Shown: positions 34,319 through 47,832 of the stretch, in pieces | Numbering within the stretch: position 1 is the stretch's first letter | How the letters are laid out: each line of letters opens with the position of its first letter | NCBI RefSeq assembly: GCF_018977255.1 | Contig: NW_024704742.1 | Location: 93,064,001-93,128,000, forward strand | Reading direction: 5' to 3' | Length of the DNA: 64,000 bases | From: Callorhinchus milii | Taxonomy: Eukaryota | Position numbers and translations under genes: made by a program | The notes under the pieces: model-generated | What the model was told of the DNA's origin: nothing | The model's input: only the letters and a program-made list of their open reading frames with translations | Database searches by the model: none

Positions 34319-36869
34319 TCATCTGGGTGAGTAGAACAACTCGTGGGCTATGGTGCAAGGTCAAAGCAAAACAGCACCTACACAATGATGTAGGGAGCCC
34401 TGAACAATGCAGCCAAGCTCTGTAGAAGTGCCCAGCCAGCAAACTATTAAGCGTTTACATGGATCCAAAGTCAGTGCTTGCGAATCCAGAAGTCCTGGAA
34501 AAAAAAAGATTTGGCTTGAAAAACAAAATTTGTTTGACAGTACAGTGTATTCAGATTTGATCTAAGCAAAGTCCCAAGTCTCAATTAGTAACTGCTATGT
34601 CTGCATTCTTTAAATGCAAACATATAGTTAGGGCAGCTTTTGGTTTTCTATCCTGCCCCAATTGCTTTTAATAGTGTTTACTTGGCACTAGAGCACAATT
34701 CTAACTCACAATCCCTTTGAAGGTAAAGTGCTTTAAAAATAAAAATGAGCAATTAGCCTTGCCAGTTTCAAAACCAGTATACTCGGTAAATATTAAAAAG
34801 GTATTCAAACTTCTATTTAGTTTGTAGGACTTTGCTGGCAATATGGCTGCGTGGTTTAAAATAAAAATATTTTGCGCTGTTGCAACACTAAATAAAAATG
34901 TAAAAACAACTCTATAAAAATGCTCTAAGTTTGAAAAACAATAGTCCTTACATTTCTAATATAGCTCCTTTCAGGTCGGAAGGACATCTCAAAGCACTTC
35001 ACAGGATGTATTGTAAAGTGCAATAACTGTGTGTTTTGTTGGTGAATGCGTCAGCCAATTTCCACACAGCAATATCCCACGTAAAGCCATGAAGTGAATG
35101 ACCAATTTCACATGAGGGATTGTTGCCCTTGGCCAGAACACCGGGAGAAATACGCATCAGTCTTCAAATAGTGCCATCTTTACGTCCACCTGGACAAGCA
35201 GACGGGACCTTGGTTTAACATCTCATCCGAAAATATTCACCCACTTAAGATTCAAAATGCCCAATATTTAAGGAGGAACAGGTTCTGTAAAGGTGCTTGA
35301 AATTCTACACTTCTGGGTTGTAGAATCTCCGTCACATGACATCCAAGTGAGACGAACAAGTTTCCTGAATTTCACCCAGAAACACATGCATGGAAACCAC
35401 AGGCATTAGCAATGGAAGCAAATTGCTGAAAACATGCGTCAGTGAAATAACCACAAATACCGTCACTAATACACTAAAAGCTCAAAGTTCATACAACAAT
35501 AGGTGCAAATGCAGCAATGTACTTATGAATAATGTATATATTTGCTGACAGAATGCAGGCAGACTGCCAATTGACAGACCAATTCTGTTTCTGGATGATG
35601 TAGTTATTGCCATGAAGTTAACATCATTACAGAAGTTTGGAATCAGATAACAATAAATGACTGGGATGCAAATACACAGCATACTGGTGTATTAACAGAC
35701 TTCTTGGAACAGAAAGGATAAGGAAGGGAACAAGGATATCAGTATTGCACTTTCTATGACGTGACCTGTTTGCTCAATTTACCATTCAGAATGGACTCCA
35801 TCCTGGGAGGTTTCTTTCCTCAGTTGATTTGTAACACACTTGTTCCTCTTTTGTGCTCACGGAGAAGGGAATAGAAGAATTATGGGAGAGGGGATTAGTG
35901 GAGCCCTGTAACATATTGGTTAGAGCACTCGCCTTGCAAGAGGGCCTGGGTTTGATTCCCAGGGAGGGTGAAAAGGTAGGCAAGGTTCCTTACTCCACAC
36001 GCCTCTGTTTACCTAGCGGGAACCCGGTTCGCCCACAAAATATACAATAAATTCACTTTACAGTATATTCTGTGAAGAACTTGAGAAATCTCAACGACCA
36101 GTGTGGAGCAAAAAACATCCTGGACTATTTGAGCCAAATGGCCAGTTTCCATACTGTAATGTTCTATGTAATTTTATGCAATTTATTCTAAAGATTCTCA
36201 GGCCTTGGGGAATTGGGGGAGGCTGTGGTGTGAGAGGGAGAGAGAAGGAACATTTAAAAAAAACACTGCTTCATTCTTTCACATTACTTAGCAAAGTTAT
36301 AAAGAATTATATGATCAAATCCATGGGAGCAGATTCCCTCTGTAACCACCTCAGTCAGGGGACAGAAGGAAGAAATGAATTAAAAAACAGTGCAAGCAAA
36401 GTAAAGAACACAAAAGGATTTCACATCAAGTCTGCTTTCTTTACAGATAGTTTGAAATTTGCCCTATAATTACTTCTCCAATGTACTGTATGAGGAAGTA
36501 ACCATACCATTGTTTGGGGGGGTGCAGGGAAACAAATCAAATATTTCTTCCAAAAGCAAGTGACGGCGATCAATTGCCTACAGGGGGCATTGCAGCCGAG
36601 ACTGATCCTGCTCACAGCAAGCACAGCAAGCACTAACACACTGTACTACACCAGGAAGGTCACTGGATATGAATCAGGAACAAAAACACTGAAGGATATT
36701 TACCTTTTATTTTTACACAAGACATGAGAAGTAGTACCAAACTACTTATTTGAGATCAGCTCAGCACAGACTAGGGATATGACAACGACTTGCATTTTTA
36801 TAGCACTCTTTCACTGGACAGCAGATCAAAGCACTTAACTGTTCCGGTTGATATGGCTCAACTGCTCAA

Positions 36870-37292
36870 TGTAGTCAGCCTACCTCAATGGTAGCACTCT
36901 TGCCTCCGAGTCAGAAAGTTGCAAGTTCGGCCCTAGGTTGGCACCTGGAATCACAAAGTCTAAGCTGATACTTCAATGCAGTGTTGCAGGGGTGTTGCAT
37001 TGTCAAAAGTGCCGTTCTTCAGGTGAGATATTAAACTGAGGTCCCATCTGCCTGTTCAGGTGGATGTTAAAGGTCTCATGGTAGTATTCGAAAAGAGAAG
37101 GGAGTTTCTCCCAGTGTCCTGGCCAACAAATCCCTCAAATAAAGATCGTCACTCACTGCATTGCTGTTGTAGAACATTTCTGCGCACTCACAAAATACAT
37201 AGTCAATCCACTTTGCAGTATATCTTGTGAAACGCTTTGAATGTCTCCACGACGTGATAAGGTGCTATACCAAATGCTAGGATTATTATCAT
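36870..37292 (+). mobile_element. DeuSINE-type SINE (tRNA head + Deu central domain + LINE tail)
   Basis: Central ...GTGCCGTTCTTCAGGTGAGATATTAAACTGAGGTCCCATCTGCCTGTTCAGGTGGATGTTAAAGG...GTGTCCTGGCCAAC matches the Deu domain as recalled. Partial copies at about 115-300, 3480-3770, 9970-10165, 23030-23500, 34945-35235, 38600-38942 and 55900-56100. Confidence 0.75.
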
Positions 37293-37689
37293 AATGGCTA
37301 AGCCCACTGAGTCATTGAGAAAGTTCCTAAAAATCACTTTGCATCTAGTAATTTAATTCAAGTATCTTGCTAAATGGACTCTCCATTTTAGCCAATGATT
37401 GAAAAGCATTATCTACTAACAAGAGCCAACTTAATCTTATCATTGATTGGAAACAATTAATCTTGGGTCACAGGAGAATTAGTTTGTTTTGGGAGCTGTG
37501 AGCACATATTAACTTAAACTACTAAAAGTCTTTGCCAAATATAATTGCCAAATGTGATAGAAAGAACGAGAGGGGGCAAACTTTCTCACTCCATTCTAAA
37601 ATTTGTACAATTGCTGAACCTTTTGTGATGTTCAGACTTTGTCAATTTGTACCAAGGAATTAACAAATGCCCTCAAACAAATTAATCTG

Positions 37690-38300
37690 AATTCCAGATT
37701 TTATGTGCTCACATACCCTCCCATCAGCCCATTTGATCTCACTCTTCCAAAACACTCACCCTACCGTCTTCCCATTAGAGCATAGAATGGTTTCTTAAAC
37801 AGAGTCCAGTGTCCTGGCGTTAACCACCTTTTCTGGCAACCTGATATAGTCGTAAAGAAACATTTCCTGTTGTAAAATTGTTCTTCACAACCATGAGCCT
37901 TTGCCCTCTTGAAACATCAGAACATATTGTTCTGGGTTTACTTTCGCTGTTGCATCTACCAACATAAATACTTCAACCCCTATGAGCGCATCCAGAATCT
38001 CTGCCTTGCTATGTCAAAGTCCTAGAGCTCATACAACATTTGCTCAATATTTTTTAAATGTTTCCCCTTGTTTAAAAAAGGAAGTGGACATTTGATAGGC
38101 TTGCTCTCACTGTACCTGCTTAAAGAATTGTAGGACTTTAACCTCTTCCAATAGAACAAGATTGTTTTGGCATTATGTTTAGCATCTGCTGCTATGTCCC
38201 TTTCCAGTTGTATCTTGGCATCCACACCGTTTTCTTTCAATGCAAACCTCTATCTTTGTAGTTTGTATTTGGCTTGTTGGTCATCTTCTTCTACAAACTT
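37690..38300 (-). mobile_element. Old CR1-like LINE fragments
   Basis: ERDIAADAKHNAK..FY resembles the CR1 ORF2 EN-RT linker; the adjacent sequence resembles a CR1 3' end. Confidence 0.55.
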
Positions 38301-39909
38301 TGTTACTATTTAAATGTTATTGTTGACTGATTTGATTTTTTTATTTAATGTGCCCCCCTAGTATTTAGAGTATGTACGTGCTCAACTGAATTATCCTTCC
38401 CATAACACCACCCAGTCTATGTCACTGAACTCAGCCTTCTGATCACACATTACCCATAAGTTATTCAGATTCTGTCACAAAGATTGGTAGCAGATTTCAG
38501 CATTAGTGGTGAGATACCATCTTAACTCTGTTGTTCCCCTCATCCCCACCCCTTCCCAATGAGAACCGTTAGCCAGCATAGCACAATGGTCAATAATAAC
38601 ACTAACCTTTATATTTGATATAGCACCTTTCCTATCAGGAGGTTTTCTCAAAGTGCTTCACAGGATTTACTGTAAATTGTAGTAACTGTATTTTATCAGC
38701 CAAGCCACCAGGAAAAACTCTCTTCTCCTGTCACAGGATCTTTAACATCCACCTGAACAGGTAGACAAGACCTCAATTTAATGCCTGGTGCGAAGGACAC
38801 CACCTCCAACATCCAGCAAACCCTCGGCGCTGTATTGGAAGTGTCAGCCTAGACTATCTGAGTTTCAAATCATGACGTGGAGCTTGAACCAACAGTATTC
38901 TGACTCAGAGGCGAGAGTGCTAGCAACTGAACAGAGCTGACATACTATGTGATGACATGCGTCATTTTCATTAGGTCAGCAGCTAAACAAATCTTTAAAG
39001 GGTAATGATCCATTTAAAACTGCAGCTGTTTAAGAGAAGTGAGCTGCTGTAAGGTTGAAAATCTGAAACATCACAGCTTCTCCTCCAGCATTAGACCTCC
39101 TCCTGCAATAATTACTCTCCAATACAGCTTTGGCCACATGATCAATTCTCCCTTCTTAGCTTTAACTTTATCAAAATAGAACATTAGCATATAGTCCTCT
39201 TTGAAATCAGGGTTTTTTTCCTAAAAAACAAAGTTTCTACTAATGTATTTTTTGCAGTCTAAACTAAGCAATATATTTCACCCGTCACACAGAATAACAT
39301 CTTGGAGTGCTTTACAGTGGCAGAGACAGATGCCGAACTGAGGGAGTAAGGAGGTGGACCATAGCCATGGTAAAGACGTAGGTTTTAAGACGAGACTTGA
39401 AGACAGAATGGAAGCGAGGCGGAGGGAGTTGAGGGAGCGGATTCCAGAGATTTGGGGCTCAGAGTTGGAACATTCTTATCAAGAGATAAGTTCTAACCAG
39501 AATGAGTATATTGCTTATGTAATTAGTATCATTACTTCTTAAGTGCCAATTATATATATCAGATGCCAGGTTCTCAATGTTAAGCTGCTGTTCAATTTAT
39601 TTCAGCCAACCAACACCTTGATCTTAAATGATACGATCATGGACCAGGATAATACTGGCTTGTGATTACCAACACAAGTGTGAATAAGATGGTCATGAAC
39701 ATTATAAAGCAGCACAAATAGGTCCACGATCTGATCGTTTGTGGTTTGGGGGAAAATCTCTGATTAGAAATACCAGTAATAACAGTGCTGGTTACAGCAG
39801 TTTGTGGGCTTGTACAATTTCCAAACTTTTAATACAATGGCTACACATGCAGATCACTCACATGGTATATTTAGCCATTGCATTGCAAGGCTCCATCCTT
39901 GCCCCCCTT

Positions 39910-41040
39910 CTATAATAATAATAATCCTTGCATTTGATATAGCGCTTTTCATGTATTATTGTTTTGGGTTTTGGAGAGATTATTATTAGGCTCTGTGTGG
40001 AGTAAGGAAACTTGCCCAAGGTTTGGCCCTGCCTGGAATTGAACTCAGGTCCCTCACTTGCAAAGCGAGTGCTCTAAACACTGAGCTACAGGACTCCTTT
40101 TCCGTATCTAAGTGCTCCCTCTCGGCGATGTCACCCGCAGCTTCCACATGTATGCAGATGTCACCCAAATCTACTTCTCCTCCTCCTCTAGCTGTGATAT
40201 CCTGTCAGCTTGTTTGACGGACATCAAGGGCTGTATAAGCGAAATTTCCTGCAGCTGAATGTTGACAAGACAAAAGCCATTCTTTTTCACTCCCGTCAAC
40301 GTTTTCTTTCCTGCGGGTCTGAACTCCTCAATCTCCTCGGCTCTCCCTTAGATTCACCAAACCAGTGTGGAACTTAGGTGTAAGGATCGATCTCCAGCTT
40401 TCCTTTGTACCCCACATCCGTTCCCTGACTGGAACTGTTTTTTCCACTTCCACCACATTGCTCGCCTCCGGCCGTACCTCACAACCAATGCAACCGAAAC
40501 CCTCCTCCACACCTTCTACACTTCCCAGCTGGATTATTCCAAATGCCCTCTGCGCTGGTCTCCCCAGCTCCACCATACACAAAATTCAACTAATTCAAAA
40601 CTCACCTGCACAAATCTCTGTACTCCCATCACACCAGTCCTTGCCATATATAGACAACTTTACATACACAAGTGCGACTTCTGTTCTTATGTTGAAGAGC
40701 CTGTCAGGCTCACTGAGCATCTTATAGCGTTGTTTTTTTGCACCTGGGACCGCCATTGTTTAATTGAGCTGAATAAATTCTTTCCTCATAACCCATTCTG
40801 GGGACAACAACAACACGCATTTATACAGTGCCCTTCACACGGGGTTGTGTCCCGGGGCGTTTGACAGTGGTGGAGTCTGACCCCCCGAGTCAAGGGGTGA
40901 GGAGGGGAGGGGTGACCGTAAGCACAATCAAAAAGGTCTCCAAGTGGGATTTGAAAGTGGGGGGGAGGGGGCAAGTCGGAGGGATTGAGGGAGGGAGTTC
41001 CAGAGCTTCCAGACATTGTGGCTGAAAGCAGAGCAAAAGC
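39910..41040. mobile_element. SINE(-) / L2(+) / L2 3' end(-) cluster
   Basis: tRNA-like SINE at about 39910-40097(-), L2 RT C-terminal part at about 40098-40650(+), L2 3' end at about 40805-41040(-). Confidence 0.8.
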
Positions 41041-41689
41041 CTGCAAATCTCAAGGTGGATCTCTTGATAGACACATTTGTACGCTTCACCTCTACAGTAT
41101 ACAGATAAACCTCATTAGTAGGAATGCTCTGGGACCTGCAGCAGCAGGCAATGAAATTGCAAATTGGTGATTGCTTCAGCAAGAGGTGTGCGGAGGGGTG
41201 TGGGGGGGGGAGGGGGGAGTGAAGGAGAGGAGAAATACTGCTACTGTAACTGAAACAATCTCCTCACAATAGTTGAAAAGCCAGTCAACCCTCTGCTTCA
41301 AAAACATCTCAGACATACTGTGAAAATGTAAAATCACTTCACAACAAACAATGCGAATCGCCAAACGGAGAAAAGAGTACTAACCTTTTTTTTAAACATA
41401 GAACAAGGCATTTGGTTTGAAACAGTAGCATATGCCAAAGTATTCAGCAGCCTGTTAAAATGTATTGCTGCCAAGTTCACTATAATTTCCTCAGTTGGAC
41501 ATGGAGACAAACTTAATATCTCCCTAAGACAGGTCAACAATTCATGACATGAGAATGTCTAAGGTGTCTGTTATTTTCTTTTGACTAAAATCACTGGCAA
41601 ATTACTCTCAACTATACAATTGAATGAGCATTTCTCATCAGGATTTGACTGCAATCCACAAGACAACTACATTCACAGTAAGATAGTGT

Positions 41690-42160
41690 TTCATCCATAA
41701 GCTTCAGCTGATCCAAATCTTGGTCACTCGCATTCTCAACCACACCAAACTCTGTATGCCAATTGCTCCAAACCTCGCCAGGTTCAACTGCTTCCCCGCC
41801 TCCCTATGAATTGGATTTCAAGGACTTCACCCATAAATCCCTTCATGCCCTAGCACCTCCCCATCTCTGTGATCTCTTATCCGACTCCAACGCTCGCTCC
41901 TTCCACTTGGCTAACTTGAACCAACTGCACATCCCTCAATCCACCCATGCCACCAATTTGTTTCCAAGCTTTCAGCTACTTCACTCCTAACCTCTGGAAC
42001 TCCCTCCCTCTAGCACTTTAAGCCACTCTATCAGCTTTAAATCCTGCCTAAAAACCTATCTCTGACTGTGTCCATGTGCATCTCCAACTTTCCTTCTCCT
42101 TTATAGCATTATAAAGCTCTGAGATGTAAGTGAAGGGCACTATATAAATCCAAGCTGTTA
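41690..42160 (+). mobile_element. Old L2-type LINE 3' fragment
   Basis: KSLHALAPPHLCDLL motif; tail GGGCACTATATAAATCCAAGCTGTT. Confidence 0.75.
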
Positions 42161-43276
42161 TGTGGAATACTGTTTGATAGACAAGCTTGCCATTTCCAAA
42201 GCATTTTTGTTAAAAGGAAAGGCACAAGCTTGAGACATGCAGTATTCTGGAAGCTTGTACCATGCAACCTCAACACTGGGCTGCCATCCCACCAGCTCAG
42301 TGTTAAGACTATTCAGCAGATTGAGCCAATCTGGAGCAAACTCCTTTACTGGTCCCAACCATAGCAGAAAGCCCGAAAATCTGACTAATAGGGACCAGCC
42401 CTATTTGTCTACTATGAAAGCAGTGTGGATACTGGGTCAATGCACAACGTACAGCCCTAACCAAAAGTTTCCCCCAAGAGCAGTTATAGTCACTAATATG
42501 CCACAGCACATTCTCTCTGGGCTTCCTCTTCCGCTCCCATGGCAGCTGCCACACTGTGCAAGCCTCCATAAACAGTACCTGCCCTTTGTTTGCTCCCCAA
42601 CTCCTTCAACTCGTCCCTCTCCCTCCTTCCCCCATACATACACCTTTCACTATTATACAACAATTTACTTTTATACAGCGCATTTCACATCAGGAGAATG
42701 TGTTAAAGAGTTTCACAGAGCTGACTGAGAGCCCGAGCTGGGGGGTGGGGGGTGCGGCAGAAGCTGAGGTGGGTGCATAACTATTACTCAAAACAGTGCC
42801 TGCTTTACCTTTCCTACTTCTCTTCAGGGACAAAGGAAGTCTGGGCCTCCGGCAATGTACAGATGAGCAAGAGCATCTGAGGGAACGCTGTTGGTCCCAG
42901 GCTTCCCACGGCAACACAAGTGATTAACAGTGTCTGCACTGTATTGGAACAGACAATTTACTAGACTATTAAATCAGACTGTTTAGCTTTAGAACAAAAG
43001 AGTCTCTGAGCCACCTGATATTTGCAAATCTAAATCAGGACACTGTTTGCAAATGGCTCAGTTACAGTGACAGATCATTCTTTACTCACTCCTGCTCGCC
43101 CAATTGCTGCCGACCCTTCAGCAACTTTGCCCTCGCTCTCTGGAACTCTCCCAAAAGTCCTCGTCTTGGACCTGATTTCCCAGCTTTTAAAATCAATCAA
43201 TTTGTGAAGATGCCAATCACCCTCTGGTAATTTGTCCAACTGGCCACTACTCACGTGTGAGAGGCAACAGTGCTGG

Positions 43277-43520
43277 CAACAACAACAAATTACATTTGTA
43301 TAGCGGCTTTCACGTCGGGAGGACGTCCCAAGGCGCTTGACAGTCAACAATTTGGACCCGAGCTGGGGGTTGGGATCAGGAGGGGTAGAGGGCAGGGAGG
43401 ACAGGGGTAGGAAAGTGACCGAAGGAGCGGTCGAAGAAGGGGATCTTGAGACGGGCCTTGAAGGAGGCAAGACGAAGGGACTGTGGGATGAAGTTCAAGG
43501 GTGGGAAAGAGAGGCTAAAG
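43277..43520 (-). mobile_element. L2-type LINE 3' end
   Basis: (AAC)n tail on + and the shared 3' stem-loop sequence. Confidence 0.8.
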
Positions 43521-45364
43521 GCACAGCGGCAGTCCTTCTGGACAGTGTTCAGAAACTTGGCTGATATTCATTTCCTAAATGACCTTTATTCTATCTCGAC
43601 CATCGCTCATAATAGCAGCCCCCCCCCCCTAGTGCGACACATCTGAGAACTTCTCACTCTGTAAGGCTGGATTACTCACTAACATCTTAAAGGAACAATT
43701 TAATCTTATAGTGATTACATTTACCATATCAGCACAGATACAATAACCTCCTTTGCTGTAAATTGGATATTCGCACTACAGTATTGTGTAATACAACGAT
43801 TGTTAATGACAATCTTTCAGCAAGATCAGGGATTTGATGGTGACAGAGCTCGCCTATACCACAACACAATGTGTGTTAAGCACTACTTCTACCAACCTAG
43901 TCACAACAATCCAGCTCCTTGATGTGGTAATGATAGTTATTCACGCTGCAATAAACAAGCGGGAAAATCAGACACAACAGCAAGAAACCTCAACAAAGCT
44001 TTGTTCTATTGGCTATTTTCCATGCTCTGCAAAGCTTAAATTCATATGATGATGGAAGTCTTGCTCTTCTATTCAATATAACCCACAGGCCAGAAGATGA
44101 AGAGGACAAGTTACTTCATTGCACTACTTTTTTTTTAAAAAACATTTTTTTTAAAAAAAACTTCACGCCTCCAGAAAAACATTAAACTGACCAATTATTT
44201 CCTCCTCAATTTATCAAGATTTTATATACGTAAAAAAATCAGTGTTCAGAGAGAAAGGCCAGTCTACTGTTGCACATAATTTAAAACGTGGGGCTGGGAT
44301 CTTGGGACTCAAAATAATTTTTTTGCTGCAACTGTGAGCCAGATTCATCCATGTGCCTCATCCAATGGAGTACAATATGTAATCCATCATTAATTAAACA
44401 GCAATACTAATCACCCACCGATGCTAATGCACAAAAAAGAGATTTCATGTCTTCAAGACGTTTCAATCCAGAATTCTAAAGCAAATTTCAACTATGCACA
44501 CTAAATCTGCCCTTTACATTGTTAAGCTTTGTAACTTTTTTTCCTACCCACCACCATTTTTTTAAAAAATGACAAAGGTAAAAGAAAAGATGTTAGAAAT
44601 TAACAGCAACACGTTCCAATTGTTTGGATGGTGAGGTTTTTGCCACTTTAGCTGAAAAAGCATTTCATCCCACTTAATCCTGATGATAATCAGTTACTGC
44701 TATCTCACATAGGTCAACTTCAGAAGGGGGTTTGTAAGTTTAAAAACAGATAGCTCAACTGTAGGATGTAGAGTTGTGCAAGTCCACATTTCCTAACACA
44801 GACTCTAAAGCACTATTGAAAGAAATATGACTAGGTTATCCATTCTCCTTTTAGACCAACATTAAAAATCCCTTAACATTATTCAGAAAGCAGAGGAGCT
44901 TTGCCTGGTATCCTGGCCAACAATTCTCCTGATGAATGGGCCACACACCTCGTGGTGTTTATGAGAAGATCCATACTACTGGTATAACTGACTGCCAAAG
45001 TTGTCTACAAATACACAGTCACTGCACTTGACAGCGATTACGTCTTGAGCACATCGAGATATTTCAACTTCGTAAGTCTATAAAACTAAAGACACGTTTT
45101 TTGTCTTTCTATAGGCAATGCAGATTTCAGTAGCTGCTCGCACACTCCAAAGGAGAATAGAATCGGTCATACACCAGATGTTTACTGTGGCAAACAATAA
45201 GAAGTCATGTCAGAAGAGTGATCACGTCTAAGATCCAAGTTTGCCAAAAATCGTGAACAGCTGTCTGTCCAATGATGATTTGTCTCTCCATGGACTTTGT
45301 AGGAAAGATTGATGAGGCCTTCTTGCGAAGTTAATTATTTTGATGAAATTGTCGTGCTGAGGAC

Positions 45365-45600
45365 AGACTGGGTGATGCATTGGTTTGGGACAATCTCTCT
45401 TCGCGCATGGGACCTGGCTTTGAATCTAACTTCAACTAATGGTATGCAAGTTTCTCTCTGTTCCTCGGGTGATAAGGATATCTCAGGTGAAATTAAATTG
45501 AATGGCCTTAATTTCACAAGGCTGCAAAACATTTTCATAATTTGGCACAAAATAGTCTCTAAATCAGCCACCAAACGTAACCCACAGCTCATCTCTCCAT
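45365..45600 (+). mobile_element. Highly diverged LF-SINE-like element
   Basis: tRNA-like head (GGGACCTGGCTTTGAATCT), then GTGAAATT...CATAATTTGGCAC, resembling the LF-SINE body as recalled. Weak. Confidence 0.35.
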
Positions 45601-46744
45601 GTGTGCCTGTTTTGATGGGTAAAAATATGTTGGTGTAGGAAACAGATTAGATGAAGCAGGAAAAAAAGACTACAGTCAATTTAAAATGAGAGAGAGAATG
45701 GGCAGAAAGAGTGGGGAAAATTAACAAGTAAATTGTTTGCAATTTATTTTCAATTAAAACTTACATTTTGCACTGTTATTTAGCACAGACTTAATAATGA
45801 AGAAAATTACCACATCTCATTTGAGTTACCTAAACTTACAAAGCAGTCTGACCTAGGGAGTTGGTCATTTCTCTGGAATTACCTGAACTAAACACGTGAA
45901 AAAAACATAAGGGCGGTTAATGTAGGAAACATAAGCAATTCACATTTTTCCAATAAGGCACGCTTTTCTAAGATTGCAGTTATGGTACAATGAAACGCTG
46001 ATGTTTCTGAATCTCTGATTCTAATGAAACTCGTCACCCCAAGGGAAATAGCTCAAATGACTACGTATTAGAGCTGACTAGTTATCCAAGATACAACGTC
46101 TTGAAAGTACAAAATAATCGAACTGGCGCAAGAATTTCTAAATCATCTTTTATTCAAAATGCTTACATCATCTTTAAGACATTTACAGCAACTTATACAC
46201 AAATGCAAGGAACTTAACTGCATGGATACAAAAGCTGCAAGCAATCTGGTAACACACACATAGCAAAAACAACCACAGAAACAAAAATGCTATCTTGCCA
46301 ATGACTGCTTGGTAACTGATCAGAAGTATGTGCAAAACAACAACAAGATTCCATTTATAGAGCGCCTTTCACGTCGGGAGGACGTCCCAAGGCGCTGGAC
46401 AGTTGGGTCAGGACTCAGACATAAACCAAACAAGGTAACAGGAAAGGGAACAATGTTGACTGCACATTAAACTGTGTGGCTGGCTGAGGTTAGTGAGAGA
46501 AAGAAGGTAAGTGCAGGTCATAAATAGCGTCTTGTTTTTCATGCGCGCCACACTATGTGGCTATTTGAAAGAAGTAGTCAGTATAGGTTGTAAGGTAAAT
46601 GCCATTTGCGCACGTGAATTGCTTAGCGAGTCAGACTGAATAAAACGAGGAATTATCAGATGTATGTAACACAGAAACACAGTCTTAAAGGTGCAAAAAG
46701 CTGAAGAGGTACGATATATCCAGGATGACTAGCTACCAGAGGAT

Positions 46745-47832
46745 TATAAACGGCTTTTCCTCCCGCTCTCACCCGGTTACCTATGGGGTACCCCAAGGAT
46801 CCATCCTTGGCCCCCTCTTCTTCCTAATCTATATGCTCCCTCTTGGGGAAGTCATCCGCAGGCATGGGGTACACTTCAATATGTATGCGGATGACACCCA
46901 ACTCTATTTTTCTACCTCAATTTGAGACCCCCAGAGCCCTGATGTTCTGTCAGCCTGCCTGTCAGACCCCAGGGGCTGGATGAGCGTGAATTTCCTTCAG
47001 CTAAATGTTGACAAGACAGAAGCCATACTCTTTGACTCTCATCAACGTCTAAAATCACATGGTTCTCAACTCCTCCACCGACCCGACCTCCCCCTAAAAC
47101 TCTCCGAATCTGTACGCAACCTAGGTATCAGGTTCAACCCCCAATTATCCTTCCTCCCCCACATCCGGTCCCTCACCAGCACCTCTTTCTTCCACCTCCG
47201 ACGCAACACCCATCTCCGCCAATACCTCACTCCAAAAGCCGCTGAAACTCTGGTCCACGCCTTTGTCACCTCTCGGCTGGACTATTCAAATGCCCTCCTC
47301 GCCAGTCTCCCCTCCACTACCATTCATAAAATCCAGGTCATACAAAACTCTGCCCCCCGCATTCTTACTCGCACCAAACTCCGCTCCCCGATCACCCCAG
47401 TCCTTGCCAGACTGTACTGGCTGCCTGTCCCAGAGAGGATCGATTTCAAGATCCTCACTCGTGAATTCAAATCCTTCCACTCCTCTGCACCCCCCTACCT
47501 CTCTGACCTTCTCTCTCCTTACAACAGTACCCGTTGCCTTCGCTCCACCGGGTCTGGCCTCCTCCTTGCCCCCGAATCCTCCGCTCCACCATTGGCGGCC
47601 GTGCCTTCAGCCACTATGCCCCGAGGCTCTGGAACTCCTTTCCTCACTCCCTTTGCATTGCCCCCTCTCTTCCTATTTTCAGATCTCGTCTGAAGACCTT
47701 TCTTTTTGACCGCGCCTTTGGTCACCTTCCTCCCCCTACCCCTGGCTTGGCCCCGGGATCCATTACTGTGAAGCGCTCTGAGACTCCGTCCGGGGTGGAG
47801 GGCGCTATATAAATCCAAGTTGTCGTTGTTGT
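46745..47832 (+). mobile_element. L2/CR1-clade LINE, relatively young 5'-truncated copy with complete 3' end
   Basis: [18 protein letters not shown] followed by a 237-aa ORF (46980-47693). Ends GGCGCTATATAAATCCAAGTTGTCGTTGTTG. Confidence 0.93.

Noticed and set aside
46725..47693. Active reverse-transcriptase gene
   Set aside because: 5'-truncated, with a stop at 46923-46925 and a later frameshift; lacks endonuclease and N-terminal RT.
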